A stretch of DNA of 64,000 nt from a virus. The stretch is from IMG/VR virus record IMGVR_UViG_3300044991_002272. One strand, written 5' to 3'. Of this stretch, positions 9,194-18,303 are shown one piece after another; the first letter of the stretch is position 1, and every line of letters begins with the position of its first letter. Below the pieces are notes generated by a model. It did not search any database. It saw only the letters and a list, made by a program, of their open reading frames with translations, and had not been told where the DNA came from. The position numbers were made by a program, and so were the translations under genes.

Positions 9194-9820
9194 TTATACC
9201 TGTACACTATAACTGCCATTTGCAATTAATTCAACCAGAAGGTTGAGCTGCACTTGGATAGCCACAGCGAGACTGATTGCATGTGATTTTTTGAAGCTGT
9301 AGTTTTGGTTAGGGTCAGGAGTCCAAATTTCAGGATCAAGGCTGTGCCAACCTTGATTTTGACATTTCCCAACCAAATGCCTTTTGCCAGGCCGGATCAA
9401 AGCCAAAATCATAGCCAATTGCACAGTGCTCTTGGGCTTCAAGCGGCGTACTAAATCAAAATGGTTATTGATATGGGCAAGCTGCTTAACAACTTCTTCA
9501 TGTTCTAGAAGTTCCCACATTGGAGCAGTGCTCATCAACTGTGATAGATGTGCCTCACTTTGTACCCCAGCATAGATGCTGTTGTTAAGTATATCAATTT
9601 TGTAACAGTTTCTTTCTTCAGCAACATCATAAGATATGCTGCAACATTCCAAAAATGGATGTTGGGGGACGTTGTGGAAATATACACCGCTGTTGTGCAA
9701 GGAATGCTTGTTGTTCTTGACAATACTGGCGGGAATATGTGGAACTACATTGAGCAGTTTTTTCCTATCTCCAGTGTCAATGTCAATATCGCCAAGGAAT
9801 GCCAATACTTTAGGTTCCAC
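9194..9820 (-). CDS. Minimal DNA polymerase III alpha (DnaE)-like catalytic core
   Basis: DIDID, HNSGVY, YKIDILN, LALIRPG and FKKSHA match DnaE PDxDxD, HAxGVV, KxDxLG, ALxRPG and FNKSH in the same order. Confidence 0.75.
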   Translation of the reverse strand: MEPKVLAFLGDIDIDTGDRKKLLNVVPHIPASIVKNNKHSLHNSGVYFHNVPQHPFLECCSISYDVAEERNCYKIDILNNSIYAGVQSEAHLSQLMSTAPMWELLEHEEVVKQLAHINNHFDLVRRLKPKSTVQLAMILALIRPGKRHLVGKCQNQGWHSLDPEIWTPDPNQNYSFKKSHAISLAVAIQVQLNLLVELIANGSYSVQV

Positions 9821-10124
9821 CTGTTATCCTATCCATTTGTTTTGACAACGTGTCTACTTTTTGTGTCAGCTTTGTTAGACTATTGTTAGCTCTGATAAGA
9901 CGATTATGTAAATCAATACAGGTTTGTGATGTTTGAATAATTTTTCGTTCAAGATCTTCAATCCATTGAGGATCAACCATCACAACCTTTTTGCCATCAA
10001 CTTCCAAACTTTGTAATTTGCCAAGGCTTGTTAAGCTTACCTTGCTCTTGCTGATCAAGGTGGGCTGCGCAGCAGGTTCCATTTCCTCGTTTCCATACAT
10101 ATCTAGATTCAAACGATCACTCAT
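9810..10124 (-). CDS. Hypothetical coiled-coil protein
   Basis: 104 aa with a C-terminal heptad pattern. Confidence 0.6.
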   Translation of the reverse strand: MSDRLNLDMYGNEEMEPAAQPTLISKSKVSLTSLGKLQSLEVDGKKVVMVDPQWIEDLERKIIQTSQTCIDLHNRLIRANNSLTKLTQKVDTLSKQMDRITGGT

Positions 10125-10133
10125 GCATTTTTC

Positions 10134-10883
10134 CTACATTCCAGCTTCTGTCAACACACTTTTGATTAAATCAGCCTGTTGTTTATAACGGAGCAGTCTT
10201 ACCTTCCATTTTTTCACTGGCGCAACCGTTTGTATCAAATACAGTTGCTCAGGATTACATCTTTCAAAAAATTCCACTGCGCTGTTACAATTATATAGCA
10301 TCCAAGGGCTGATTTTGCCTTGTGATATCCATCGAGTAGCTAAGTTTGGATTTACCTTTATCCAAAAGTCTTGCATAGGCAAGTCTTGCTCTTCAGTCCA
10401 TTTTTGAACTGTGCGCAAGCTTCTCTGCAATCCCATTTCAGGGGTTTCATCATGCAACAGCTCACTCAAAAAGCTGTTGTATAACAGCACATCACTCCAT
10501 TTTTTGAAATCAGCTTTTTGTTTCAATAACCACCGCACATATGTTTCAATCTCCTGAACTTGCTGCTCAATCAACCAATTGCCAAAGCGCACAAACTCAG
10601 TGTAATGCCTACTAACACAAAACTCTTGATAACTTTTGCTCTTGAGTGTTGTATTTTTCGGTGCTGTGCCTTCATTAAACAATAGATATGATGCATACCC
10701 CAGCTTGACATCTGGATTGTATTGGGCTTCACTCCTGCGCCTTGGTTCGCAACTGTGGGAAACCAAGGTTGCTTCTTTGGCAAATGCTTTTTGACACCAA
10801 GTGCAGAAGTGGGGCCGATTTAAATCAATCGCCTTTGGCAGCTTTTTTGAGTTCGTCTTTGAGCTCTTTGATACCACGGTCAT
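10134..10883 (-). CDS. Protein with an N-terminal C2HC zinc finger; start uncertain
   Basis: FCTWCQKAFAKEATLVSHSC; the 5' end overlaps the upstream gene. Confidence 0.65.
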   Translation of the reverse strand: MTVVSKSSKTNSKKLPKAIDLNRPHFCTWCQKAFAKEATLVSHSCEPRRRSEAQYNPDVKLGYASYLLFNEGTAPKNTTLKSKSYQEFCVSRHYTEFVRFGNWLIEQQVQEIETYVRWLLKQKADFKKWSDVLLYNSFLSELLHDETPEMGLQRSLRTVQKWTEEQDLPMQDFWIKVNPNLATRWISQGKISPWMLYNCNSAVEFFERCNPEQLYLIQTVAPVKKWKVRLLRYKQQADLIKSVLTEAGM

Positions 10884-11340
10884 CCATTCCACTGTATTTG
10901 GCAATTTCCATCAACTCTTCATCACTGTGATTGGTTTTCAAAATCATCATCTCTGCTTCATTTACATCACCATACAATTGAGTCAGCAAAGCCTCTGTCT
11001 TGGGTGTCTTGGAAGCTGTAGACTTGGTGCTGATCCACTGATGGTACTGTTTTTTCCCCACACCAGCAACACACATCAGCAAGTATTGCAGTTCTGGATG
11101 TTTGCCTAAATTCCATAAGCCATTGTTCACAAGATCATTAGCTGCCAGTACAAAATATTCTTTGTAGGGATTTGAGTCTGGGACGGCAGAAAGCCAGCGA
11201 ACTACAACTTTCGGTACAAAGCCCTTGCGCTCTTCTTCAGTTAAATTTGCATAAAATCCGCGATCCTTTTTGTCAATAGCCTCCAGCAGTACCATAAGGT
11301 CCAGTTTGAAGCTTCTTTTTGCTGTTGCTGCTTTTGCCAT
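10825..11340 (-). CDS. Probable clamp-loader small subunit (T4 gp62-like)
   Basis: Size and LEAIDKKDRGFY...FVPKVVVRWLS pattern; replication context. Confidence 0.5.
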   Translation of the reverse strand: MAKAATAKRSFKLDLMVLLEAIDKKDRGFYANLTEEERKGFVPKVVVRWLSAVPDSNPYKEYFVLAANDLVNNGLWNLGKHPELQYLLMCVAGVGKKQYHQWISTKSTASKTPKTEALLTQLYGDVNEAEMMILKTNHSDEELMEIAKYSGMDDRGIKELKDELKKAAKGD

Positions 11341-11485
11341 AATATTTCCTTATCTAGTGTAATTGTAGGCTGTAATCTTGGTTCATTCAAGGCATCCATA
11401 TAAATATCAGTAACTGCAATTGGTGCAGTTTTATGGGGTTACCCGCCCCGTATGGCCTAGAACGCCACGTAGGAGACCAAAAGCA

Positions 11486-12418
11486 ATGGGACGACCACTT
11501 AACAAAAAATATTTTGGCAGCTTGGCTGCCTCGGGAATTGGAGGCGAAGGTGTTGCCTCTGTAACCATAACCGGACAAGGTAATTATACTAGTTTGCCAA
11601 CAGTGGGCTTCAGCCCGCCATTATTACCAGGCGGCATTTCAGCTGTGGGTAGTGTGGTGATGGAACTGCGCACTGTTGCCATCAACAATGCTGGTGGATC
11701 TTACACAGCAGGTGACGTGCTAGTGATAGGCGGCGGCGCTGTGGTAGGTGATACCACTGCTGGCACATACACTGTGCAGGCCGAGATAGTTGTTGACACA
11801 GTTGACGGTGGCACAGGAGCTATCACAGCTTTTGAAGTTTTGGCCGTTCGCGGATCATATACAGCACTGCCTGCAAAGGTTGCAGGTGGCAGCAATATCA
11901 CAAACCTCAGCCTAGACGGCGGCACTGGTAACAATGCTCGTGTCAACATCACATGGCGGGTTCTTTCTGTTACTGTGACAACAGCTGGTTCAGGTTACAT
12001 TAGTGTAGCTGATGCTCTACCTACTTTCAGCGCCGGTACTGCTACAGCAACTGGCGCAGCAGTGCTCACCAGCACAACTGAGCCAGCTATCACTCCTTAT
12101 GCTGTTACCATTGACGGTGGCACAGTTTTGCCAGCCGATATCATCAAACAAACTGGTGACAACAACTACATCATGGAAACTACAGAAGGGCAAACTCTCT
12201 GCACGTTGGGTACTACTGATACACCTGTGTTTGGCGGCGCGTACCTTCTGGCAACTGACGCAAATGGCAGCACATACTATGTGACAAAGCTTACAGCCCA
12301 TCTTGCTGTGTTGACCCAAAAAGCTATGGTTGGCAGCTATGTTTGGCAAACCGGTGAGCTAGCTCCTTGGGGCCTTGAGGCTGCTGACAACCTTGTTGTG
12401 CAAATCAACAATACCTAA
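11486..12418 (+). CDS. Virion structural protein (G/T/A/V-rich beta protein)
   Basis: Perfect TATAAATA at 11399-11406; AGGAG RBS; starts MGRPLNKKYFG. Confidence 0.65.
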   Translation: MGRPLNKKYFGSLAASGIGGEGVASVTITGQGNYTSLPTVGFSPPLLPGGISAVGSVVMELRTVAINNAGGSYTAGDVLVIGGGAVVGDTTAGTYTVQAEIVVDTVDGGTGAITAFEVLAVRGSYTALPAKVAGGSNITNLSLDGGTGNNARVNITWRVLSVTVTTAGSGYISVADALPTFSAGTATATGAAVLTSTTEPAITPYAVTIDGGTVLPADIIKQTGDNNYIMETTEGQTLCTLGTTDTPVFGGAYLLATDANGSTYYVTKLTAHLAVLTQKAMVGSYVWQTGELAPWGLEAADNLVVQINNT

Positions 12419-12454
12419 GACAGTTTCGCTGCCTTGGTAAAGCAGTGGACTCTG

Positions 12455-12501
12455 GAAACCCTCTCAAGCAAGCCCGAGCGAACTTGAGAGGGTTTCTTTT
12501 T
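12455..12501. terminator. Intrinsic terminator between convergent genes
   Basis: GAAACCCTCTCAAG / CTTGAGAGGGTTTC followed by a T run. Confidence 0.85.
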
Positions 12502-12503
12502 GA

Positions 12504-13946
12504 CTACCAGGTAATATAGGCTTGGGCGATGCTGTCACGCAGTTGACTTGTGTCCACATCAACCATCTGATCTGGCATATAGCTGCTGGGCCCCTGCCGC
12601 ATAGTGACTGCATCCACATACATTGAAAATTTACCCTCTTCGGCAGTTTTCAACACGCTGGGAATCTCCAGTTCCTGCAGGATTGGGTCAAACTGTTGCA
12701 CAAAAGCCGTATCCACTCCCAGCATACTGAATCTGGCGTTGTAGTGGGCCTGGCCTTTTTCCTGCCGAAGTCGCAGAACCAAGTCCAACCCAGTGAGATC
12801 GTGGGGGGCGAAGTTTTCACCAAATCCCACATTTTTGTAGCCGAGTAGAAGAACGTTCACACCTTCCTGCCAGCAACGTTCCAGGAGTTCTGCTGTTTCA
12901 GCAAGGTCCACACTGCCAACCACATGCTGAGCCATAATGGAGGGCAGTTTCCACCACTTCTCGCCCTGACTCTTCATGTGATTGTCTAGGTTACTCCTAA
13001 TCTTGGAGATTTTGTTCAAGTCTTTGGCATTGTGAACACTCACACCAATAGCACCAGCATGGTTCACTACAGCCAATGCCTTCTCCCGATCCAAACTCCA
13101 CTTAACACCAAAAGTAGTGAAGTTTGGTACAATGTTCTTACTTGCGGTGTACTGAATGATCTCTGCGAAATTGGGGTGGTCAGTTGTCTCCCCGCCACCA
13201 TAAGCAATTTCAAACACTCCCATCCGACTAAACGTATCAACCAAATTGAGAACTTCCTTCAGTTGTGCATGCTTGCCTTCTGGGGTGCTGCCCTGATAAC
13301 ACCAATTACATTTGTAAAGGCAGTGGTCGGTCAGCTTAACGTCGACGAGCTCAGGATAAGTGCTCTTGACGTAAGGAAGAGCGTCATCTTGCATGCTGAG
13401 CCGCACCTTGTGCCCACTGCTGGGGCTGAACAAGGTCCAATAATCCCCATCCTGGCGAATGCGCTTTTCGCCCGAGTGTTGGATAGCCGCAGTGATGTCG
13501 TTCTCAAAGCTGCCGTCTGGGGGTGTTTGCCCATCGCTGTTGTCGTTCCCGCCGAGGATAACAACATCATCGCGCATCACATACTGGTAGAGGCTCTTGA
13601 CAAATCCACCATCAACAGGATCTGAGCTTGAGAAAATTCCCCAAATGCTTTGATGGTCCACACCATAGCTGCAAAAAGTGTCTGCTGTGTAGTTTGTGCC
13701 AAGCCAGCTGTTCATCAACTGAACAGCGGTTTCCCCTGACACATTTTCCCTATCCAGAGCATGGTATAGCTGGGTGGCAAAATACGCCGACTTGCTTTCT
13801 TGATCAGCCAGGGTGAACTGTTCCCAACCATATTCAAAGCGGTTGTGCTCATCTGTGCCAACCCGCATTCCGGCCGGAATCATCACAATGCTGTGACTAC
13901 TACTGCTGTTGGTAGCAAAGCCAGCCCGAACGTTGAAAATCTTCAC
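12504..13946 (-). CDS. Radical SAM protein with N-terminal RxGFxTNSSSxHS domain
   Basis: CLYKCNWC (CxxxCxxC), GGGETT; GTG start behind GAGAGG. Confidence 0.85.
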   Translation of the reverse strand: MKIFNVRAGFATNSSSSHSIVMIPAGMRVGTDEHNRFEYGWEQFTLADQESKSAYFATQLYHALDRENVSGETAVQLMNSWLGTNYTADTFCSYGVDHQSIWGIFSSSDPVDGGFVKSLYQYVMRDDVVILGGNDNSDGQTPPDGSFENDITAAIQHSGEKRIRQDGDYWTLFSPSSGHKVRLSMQDDALPYVKSTYPELVDVKLTDHCLYKCNWCYQGSTPEGKHAQLKEVLNLVDTFSRMGVFEIAYGGGETTDHPNFAEIIQYTASKNIVPNFTTFGVKWSLDREKALAVVNHAGAIGVSVHNAKDLNKISKIRSNLDNHMKSQGEKWWKLPSIMAQHVVGSVDLAETAELLERCWQEGVNVLLLGYKNVGFGENFAPHDLTGLDLVLRLRQEKGQAHYNARFSMLGVDTAFVQQFDPILQELEIPSVLKTAEEGKFSMYVDAVTMRQGPSSYMPDQMVDVDTSQLRDSIAQAYITW

Positions 13947-13971
13947 AGCAACCTCTCTCGTGTGTTCAGCC

Positions 13972-13999
13972 ATTATACACACGAGAGAAAATACGTCAA
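13972..13999 (-). promoter_or_regulatory. Early sigma70-type promoter
   Basis: TTGACG-N16-TATAAT with extended TG. Confidence 0.8.
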
Positions 14000-14000
14000 G

Positions 14001-14501
14001 CTAGACCAATTGGCGAATATCCAGTTGATCGGGCAGCTTGCCCAGCTCTTTCACAAAAAACACACATAAGGGATTACTGCCTTGGGTCAATGGAAAGGCC
14101 AGTATGTGTCCATTCTTCAATCTGGGAAAATACCACTTGACATCACTGAACACATTGAGAATTTCAATGTTACAGAAATCAGGCATATAGCCTTTTATGG
14201 GATTGATACAAAAGGCATCAAAATCCTTGTCGTTTAGGTCCACTAGCTTCATGATTTCCAAATCACCAGCGTGTTTGTCTCCCACAACAATGCTCCAATC
14301 CAAGGGCATTTGTATGTTGTAAGGTCCAATTTTGATATCTGCACAAGGGCTATGGAAAATATCTAAGAAGATCAATGGGTACCAATAGTAGTCAATGTTG
14401 TGGCTATCACTGTAGTCAAGAACGCAATAGCGCAAATCATCCACTTTTTCAGGAAGTTGATTCAAGTCATACGCTGTATTTTCTGTGGTCAAAATGCGCA
14501 A
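14001..14501 (-). CDS. Hypothetical protein downstream of uvsW
   Basis: 166-aa ORF; TAAATA immediately upstream (about 14528). Confidence 0.7.
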   Translation of the reverse strand: MRILTTENTAYDLNQLPEKVDDLRYCVLDYSDSHNIDYYWYPLIFLDIFHSPCADIKIGPYNIQMPLDWSIVVGDKHAGDLEIMKLVDLNDKDFDAFCINPIKGYMPDFCNIEILNVFSDVKWYFPRLKNGHILAFPLTQGSNPLCVFFVKELGKLPDQLDIRQLV

Positions 14502-14546
14502 AGGAGTTTCCTAATGTGATGATCACTTATTTAAATTGAAATCACA

Positions 14547-16004
14547 CTAGTAACGGATTTTTTTCACCTCAAAAGGGTATTCACTTGTTTTGTAAAACTG
14601 TTTGCGTTTGTTAAGATGGCTGTTACTGAACTTCATCTTGCTGCTGATGTCATAAATTTGAACACTGCTCTTGTCATCTGCCATTCGTAATCCACGCCCA
14701 ATGCTTTGAATAGTTCTTACAAAACTTTTGCCTGCTTCAACCAATACTAGATTGAAGATTCTGTTGATTGAAATACCTGTTGACGTGGTGCCATATGTGG
14801 CTACCATTATTTTATTATCGCTGAAATTGATCTCTTTGTAATGCTCTCTACGATCTTTGGCACTCATTTCTCCTGAGATGAATACTGCTCCACTTAGTTG
14901 ATTATAGAGTTTTTGTCCAGTTTCAATACGGTCAACAAGAACAAGTGTGTTTCCTGACTCAGCTATTGTCTCGATAGTTTGTGCCATCCATTGCAGCCTC
15001 TGATCATTTGTGACCAAAAACTTCAACTCTTCCTGGTAGTTTCCATATTGGAATGTTTCTTGTGTTTGTAAGCATGTTACATCACACTGTGCCAGCACTC
15101 CTTTGTCTTGCAGTTCTTTGGCAGTAAGGCTTCCAATTTGCGGCCCAATAGCAGTAAACAAACCCACTTGTTTGTATTCTTCCTCAGGAACGGTGCCAGT
15201 CAGTCCCCAACGAATGGGAATGTTTTTGAACACGCTTGTGAGTAATTGATGTAACACATTTAAATCTTTTACTCCATGGCACTCATCACAAATCACACAC
15301 ACCAAATCTTTCAAAAATGTCTCTAACTGATCTCCATCAAGAGAGTCTTTGTTCTTTTTGTCTAGAACATTCAAGCTCTGCCATGTGCAGATAGTGTGTT
15401 TGCAGGTGTACTCTTTTCGATCACCAAACAATACCCCTACATCAAGACCAATATTTCGATAATCTTCTTCTGTCTGTTGCACAAGATTCTTGTTAGGAAC
15501 AATAACGATAGTTCGTCCACGCTCTTCAACAATTTTTGAAAGTGTGGCTGTTACAATAGTTTTGCCAGCTGAAGTGGGTAGTACATTGACCCCTTGTGGG
15601 TTTTGGAGACAGAGATTGATGGCGTCTACTTGATAGTCTCGCAATTGAATTGGTTGACCAGCAAATCGATGCCCTGCAGGCCAAGTCAAAGGACTTAGAA
15701 AATTCTCATCAATTGATGGAAAGCTGATGTTGTGAAATGCACGTTGATCGTCAATCTCAAACTCATAACCATGTTCTTGTAAAACAGGTAATAGTCGATC
15801 CAGAATGTTGAGATAGGTTTTGCCTCCAAGAGTACAAAAGCTGGTGCAGCCGTCCCATCGTCCCATTTTGAAAGCGGGACTATACCGAGCTGATGGCAAG
15901 AAGTATTTGACAGAATTAACCAATGCTCTCTTGACAGGTAGGTCGATCCCTGTGATTTGAATGTTTACCTCGTCTTGAATAATTATCTTTGCAACTTTGC
16001 TCAT
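14547..16004 (-). CDS. uvsW: UvsW-like SF2 helicase
   Basis: LRDYQ, PTSAGKT, CDECH, GLTGT, IQSIGRGLR. Confidence 0.9.
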   Translation of the reverse strand: MSKVAKIIIQDEVNIQITGIDLPVKRALVNSVKYFLPSARYSPAFKMGRWDGCTSFCTLGGKTYLNILDRLLPVLQEHGYEFEIDDQRAFHNISFPSIDENFLSPLTWPAGHRFAGQPIQLRDYQVDAINLCLQNPQGVNVLPTSAGKTIVTATLSKIVEERGRTIVIVPNKNLVQQTEEDYRNIGLDVGVLFGDRKEYTCKHTICTWQSLNVLDKKNKDSLDGDQLETFLKDLVCVICDECHGVKDLNVLHQLLTSVFKNIPIRWGLTGTVPEEEYKQVGLFTAIGPQIGSLTAKELQDKGVLAQCDVTCLQTQETFQYGNYQEELKFLVTNDQRLQWMAQTIETIAESGNTLVLVDRIETGQKLYNQLSGAVFISGEMSAKDRREHYKEINFSDNKIMVATYGTTSTGISINRIFNLVLVEAGKSFVRTIQSIGRGLRMADDKSSVQIYDISSKMKFSNSHLNKRKQFYKTSEYPFEVKKIRY

Positions 16005-16081
16005 GTTTCCATCTCAGTTTCAAGTCTAGATTGTAATTTAGCATCTGACTTCAGCCAAGTTGTGGTAGTGTAAATACTCTT

Positions 16082-16732
16082 ATGCAACTTAGTGAATTGG
16101 AAATAACCAAACAATTGAAAAAGCGCGGACCTGTTCACTGGCAAGAAGTTGTGAACAAACATGGCTGGACGCTTGTTGGGTGGGGTAATGAGGCTGTAGT
16201 GGTAGGTCATCCTGAAAAACCCTATGTGCTTAGAATTTTCAGTAAGGACACGCCCTATGTGGATTGGGTCAATTTAGTTAAGTCACATCAAGAAAATCCA
16301 CATTTTCCCAAATTCAGCCGCTACGTAAGACCTATTCCAGGAACTGAAATGAATTATGTGAGAATGGAAATATTAAAATCCATTACGGAAAATCAATTGA
16401 TGAAAGATTATCTACCAGAATTAGCATATTTGTATATTCAAACAACACTGCTGGGATATCAGTTTGAATTAGACTTTGCCCCAACAGTAGGGGTTTACCT
16501 CCGAGAACTTTCAAGAGGCAGTATTTTTGACAAACAAATTCAAAACGAACTATGGGAAAAAATTGGAAAACCAGACAGCTCTTGGAAACAGGCAATAGAC
16601 TTATTGTTGACCTTACACCAAAAAAGTAAAAAGTGGCCTAGTGAGCTGGATATGCATTATGGCAACTTCATGCTACGAGGCAATATTCTTGTAATCTCTG
16701 ACCCCCTGAAGTTACCTAGTCACCGTGCATAA
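16082..16732 (+). CDS. T7 gp0.7-like protein kinase paralogue 1
   Basis: GWTLVGWGNEA...HPEKPYVLRI; LDMHYGNFM; ISDP; TAAATA at 16071. Confidence 0.75.
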   Translation: MQLSELEITKQLKKRGPVHWQEVVNKHGWTLVGWGNEAVVVGHPEKPYVLRIFSKDTPYVDWVNLVKSHQENPHFPKFSRYVRPIPGTEMNYVRMEILKSITENQLMKDYLPELAYLYIQTTLLGYQFELDFAPTVGVYLRELSRGSIFDKQIQNELWEKIGKPDSSWKQAIDLLLTLHQKSKKWPSELDMHYGNFMLRGNILVISDPLKLPSHRA

Positions 16733-17357
16733 CTTACACGAGCTAGAGATTACAAAAGACTTAAAAACCAAAAGCCTTAGCGAAATATTGCACAAAAATG
16801 GATGGCAATTATTGGGCACAGGCAAAGAAGCGTTTGTTGCTGAACACCCCAAAGAGTCTTATGTACTGCGCATCTGGGTCAAAGGCAGCCGGTATGAGCA
16901 CTTTGTTGAGTATTGTAGGCACAACCAACACAATACTCATGTTCCCAAATTCAGTAGATATATACGCCCTATTCCTGGGACACCTTATGTGTATGTGCGA
17001 ATGGAAAAACTATTACCTGTTAGTTTGAATAGATTAACACAAAATTATATGCCTGAGCTGCTATATTTGCACCTCTTGGCCAAAAAATATAATGTTCGTG
17101 CCCTAGTGGACCATGTTTTTGATGCAGTTGCAGATTTTATCTATGCAGAGGGAATTGATATAGAGTCAATATCTGACATAATGGGAGATCTTTGGGACAT
17201 TTGGCAAAGGATTGGTCCCCCAGATCCCAGTTGGAAACAAGTATCCCAAAATTTGATTTCGTATGCCACTCACTATGGATTAACATCCTGGGATTTACAC
17301 AATGCAAATTTTATGACCCGAGACGGCAATCTAGTAATAACTGACCCATTCTTTTAA
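16725..17357 (+). CDS. T7 gp0.7-like protein kinase paralogue 2
   Basis: GWQLLGTGKEA...HPKESYVLRI; WDLHNANFM; ITDP; shares PKFSRYxRPIPGT with paralogue 1. Confidence 0.75.
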   Translation: MHNLHELEITKDLKTKSLSEILHKNGWQLLGTGKEAFVAEHPKESYVLRIWVKGSRYEHFVEYCRHNQHNTHVPKFSRYIRPIPGTPYVYVRMEKLLPVSLNRLTQNYMPELLYLHLLAKKYNVRALVDHVFDAVADFIYAEGIDIESISDIMGDLWDIWQRIGPPDPSWKQVSQNLISYATHYGLTSWDLHNANFMTRDGNLVITDPFF

Positions 17358-17390
17358 AAAAATGGGGAGGATTGCTCCTCCCCATTTTTT
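17357..17390. terminator. Bidirectional terminator
   Basis: A6-TGGGGAGGA / TCCTCCCCA-T6 between convergent genes. Confidence 0.85.
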
Positions 17391-17391
17391 G

Positions 17392-18117
17392 TCACACCTT
17401 ACTGCGAAGTGCAGCCAGCTTTTCGTGCAGGCTGTTGCTTTTGCCTTTGCCGTCAACTTCTGCAAGAGCAGCAGCTACAGCAGAGTCGTTGTCTGAGGCC
17501 TTGCCCAGTGCATCACTCCGAATACGGTTAGCAGCAGCGCGCTCGCGAGACTCACGAACATTTGCTGCCATAGCATCCAGTGCTGCGTCTGTACCCGACA
17601 GCCCTTTGCTGATGCCAGCCATACGTTCCCGTTCTGCTCGGCGTGCCTCAGAGACCTTGGCCTCCTGTTCCGCACGCTCTTGGTCTCGGCGAGCACGGTC
17701 CAGCTTCTGCCGGCCTTCGAGGACCAGTCGCTGGGCATTTTGTGCAGCTTGGCGAGTTTCAGTAGCCCACTCAGAGGCATCAGCAGCCTCTTCCTCAGCA
17801 TCCTTCAGCTGAGCTTGATACGAGAGTGCTTCATCAGCAGCCTTGTTGGCAGCAGTTTCGTTACCAGCGGTCAGCAGCTTTTCAGCAGCAGCCGTGTAGC
17901 GAGCTAGGTTACTTTGGATGTTGGCTAGTCGCTCAGCAGCCTGCTTGCTGTCAGTTTCAGCTCGTGCAGCAGCCGTAGCCATCTCCTGGGCCTGAGTGTC
18001 CCACTCCCGTAGCTGGGCTGAAGAAACTGCCTCAGGGTCCCATTGGGCCATCAGCTTGATTGCCCCATCGTGCAGTGAGTCCATCTTGCTTTTGAAGAAT
18101 GAAGTGAAGAAAGCCAT
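17392..18117 (-). CDS. PspA/IM30 (ESCRT-III-like) protein
   Basis: N-terminal amphipathic MAFFTSFF, WDPE, long Ala/Glu/Arg coiled coil, C-terminal EKLAAL. Confidence 0.75.
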   Translation of the reverse strand: MAFFTSFFKSKMDSLHDGAIKLMAQWDPEAVSSAQLREWDTQAQEMATAAARAETDSKQAAERLANIQSNLARYTAAAEKLLTAGNETAANKAADEALSYQAQLKDAEEEAADASEWATETRQAAQNAQRLVLEGRQKLDRARRDQERAEQEAKVSEARRAERERMAGISKGLSGTDAALDAMAANVRESRERAAANRIRSDALGKASDNDSAVAAALAEVDGKGKSNSLHEKLAALRSKV

Positions 18118-18151
18118 GTTTATATCCTTTCAGTGGATTGATAGCATCAGT

Positions 18152-18180
18152 AGTGTATTTGTAGTGTGTAGTTGTGTCAA
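18152..18180 (-). promoter_or_regulatory. Early sigma70-type promoter of the pspA-like gene
   Basis: TTGACA-N17-TACACT. Confidence 0.8.
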
Positions 18181-18189
18181 TAGTTTTAT

Positions 18190-18296
18190 GGCCGGAGGTT
18201 CCTGCTAAACGGGCAAATTAACCCCTCCTTAACCCTGTTTCCAAGGTCCCAATACGGAGCCCGCCCTGGGAGTTATCAGGGCAATTTTCCCCGGCT
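18190..18296. other. GC-rich multi-hairpin intergenic element (candidate ncRNA or terminator)
   Basis: Closing GCCGG/CCGGC; GCCCTG/CAGGGC; ACCTTG-GAAA-CAGGGT on the minus strand. Confidence 0.35.
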
Positions 18297-18303
18297 CAGT
18301 GCG

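Noticed and set aside
18190-18296. tRNA or hammerhead ribozyme
   Set aside because: It ends in CCA but has no 7-bp acceptor stem or T-loop; CTGATAA and GAAA are not in hammerhead geometry.
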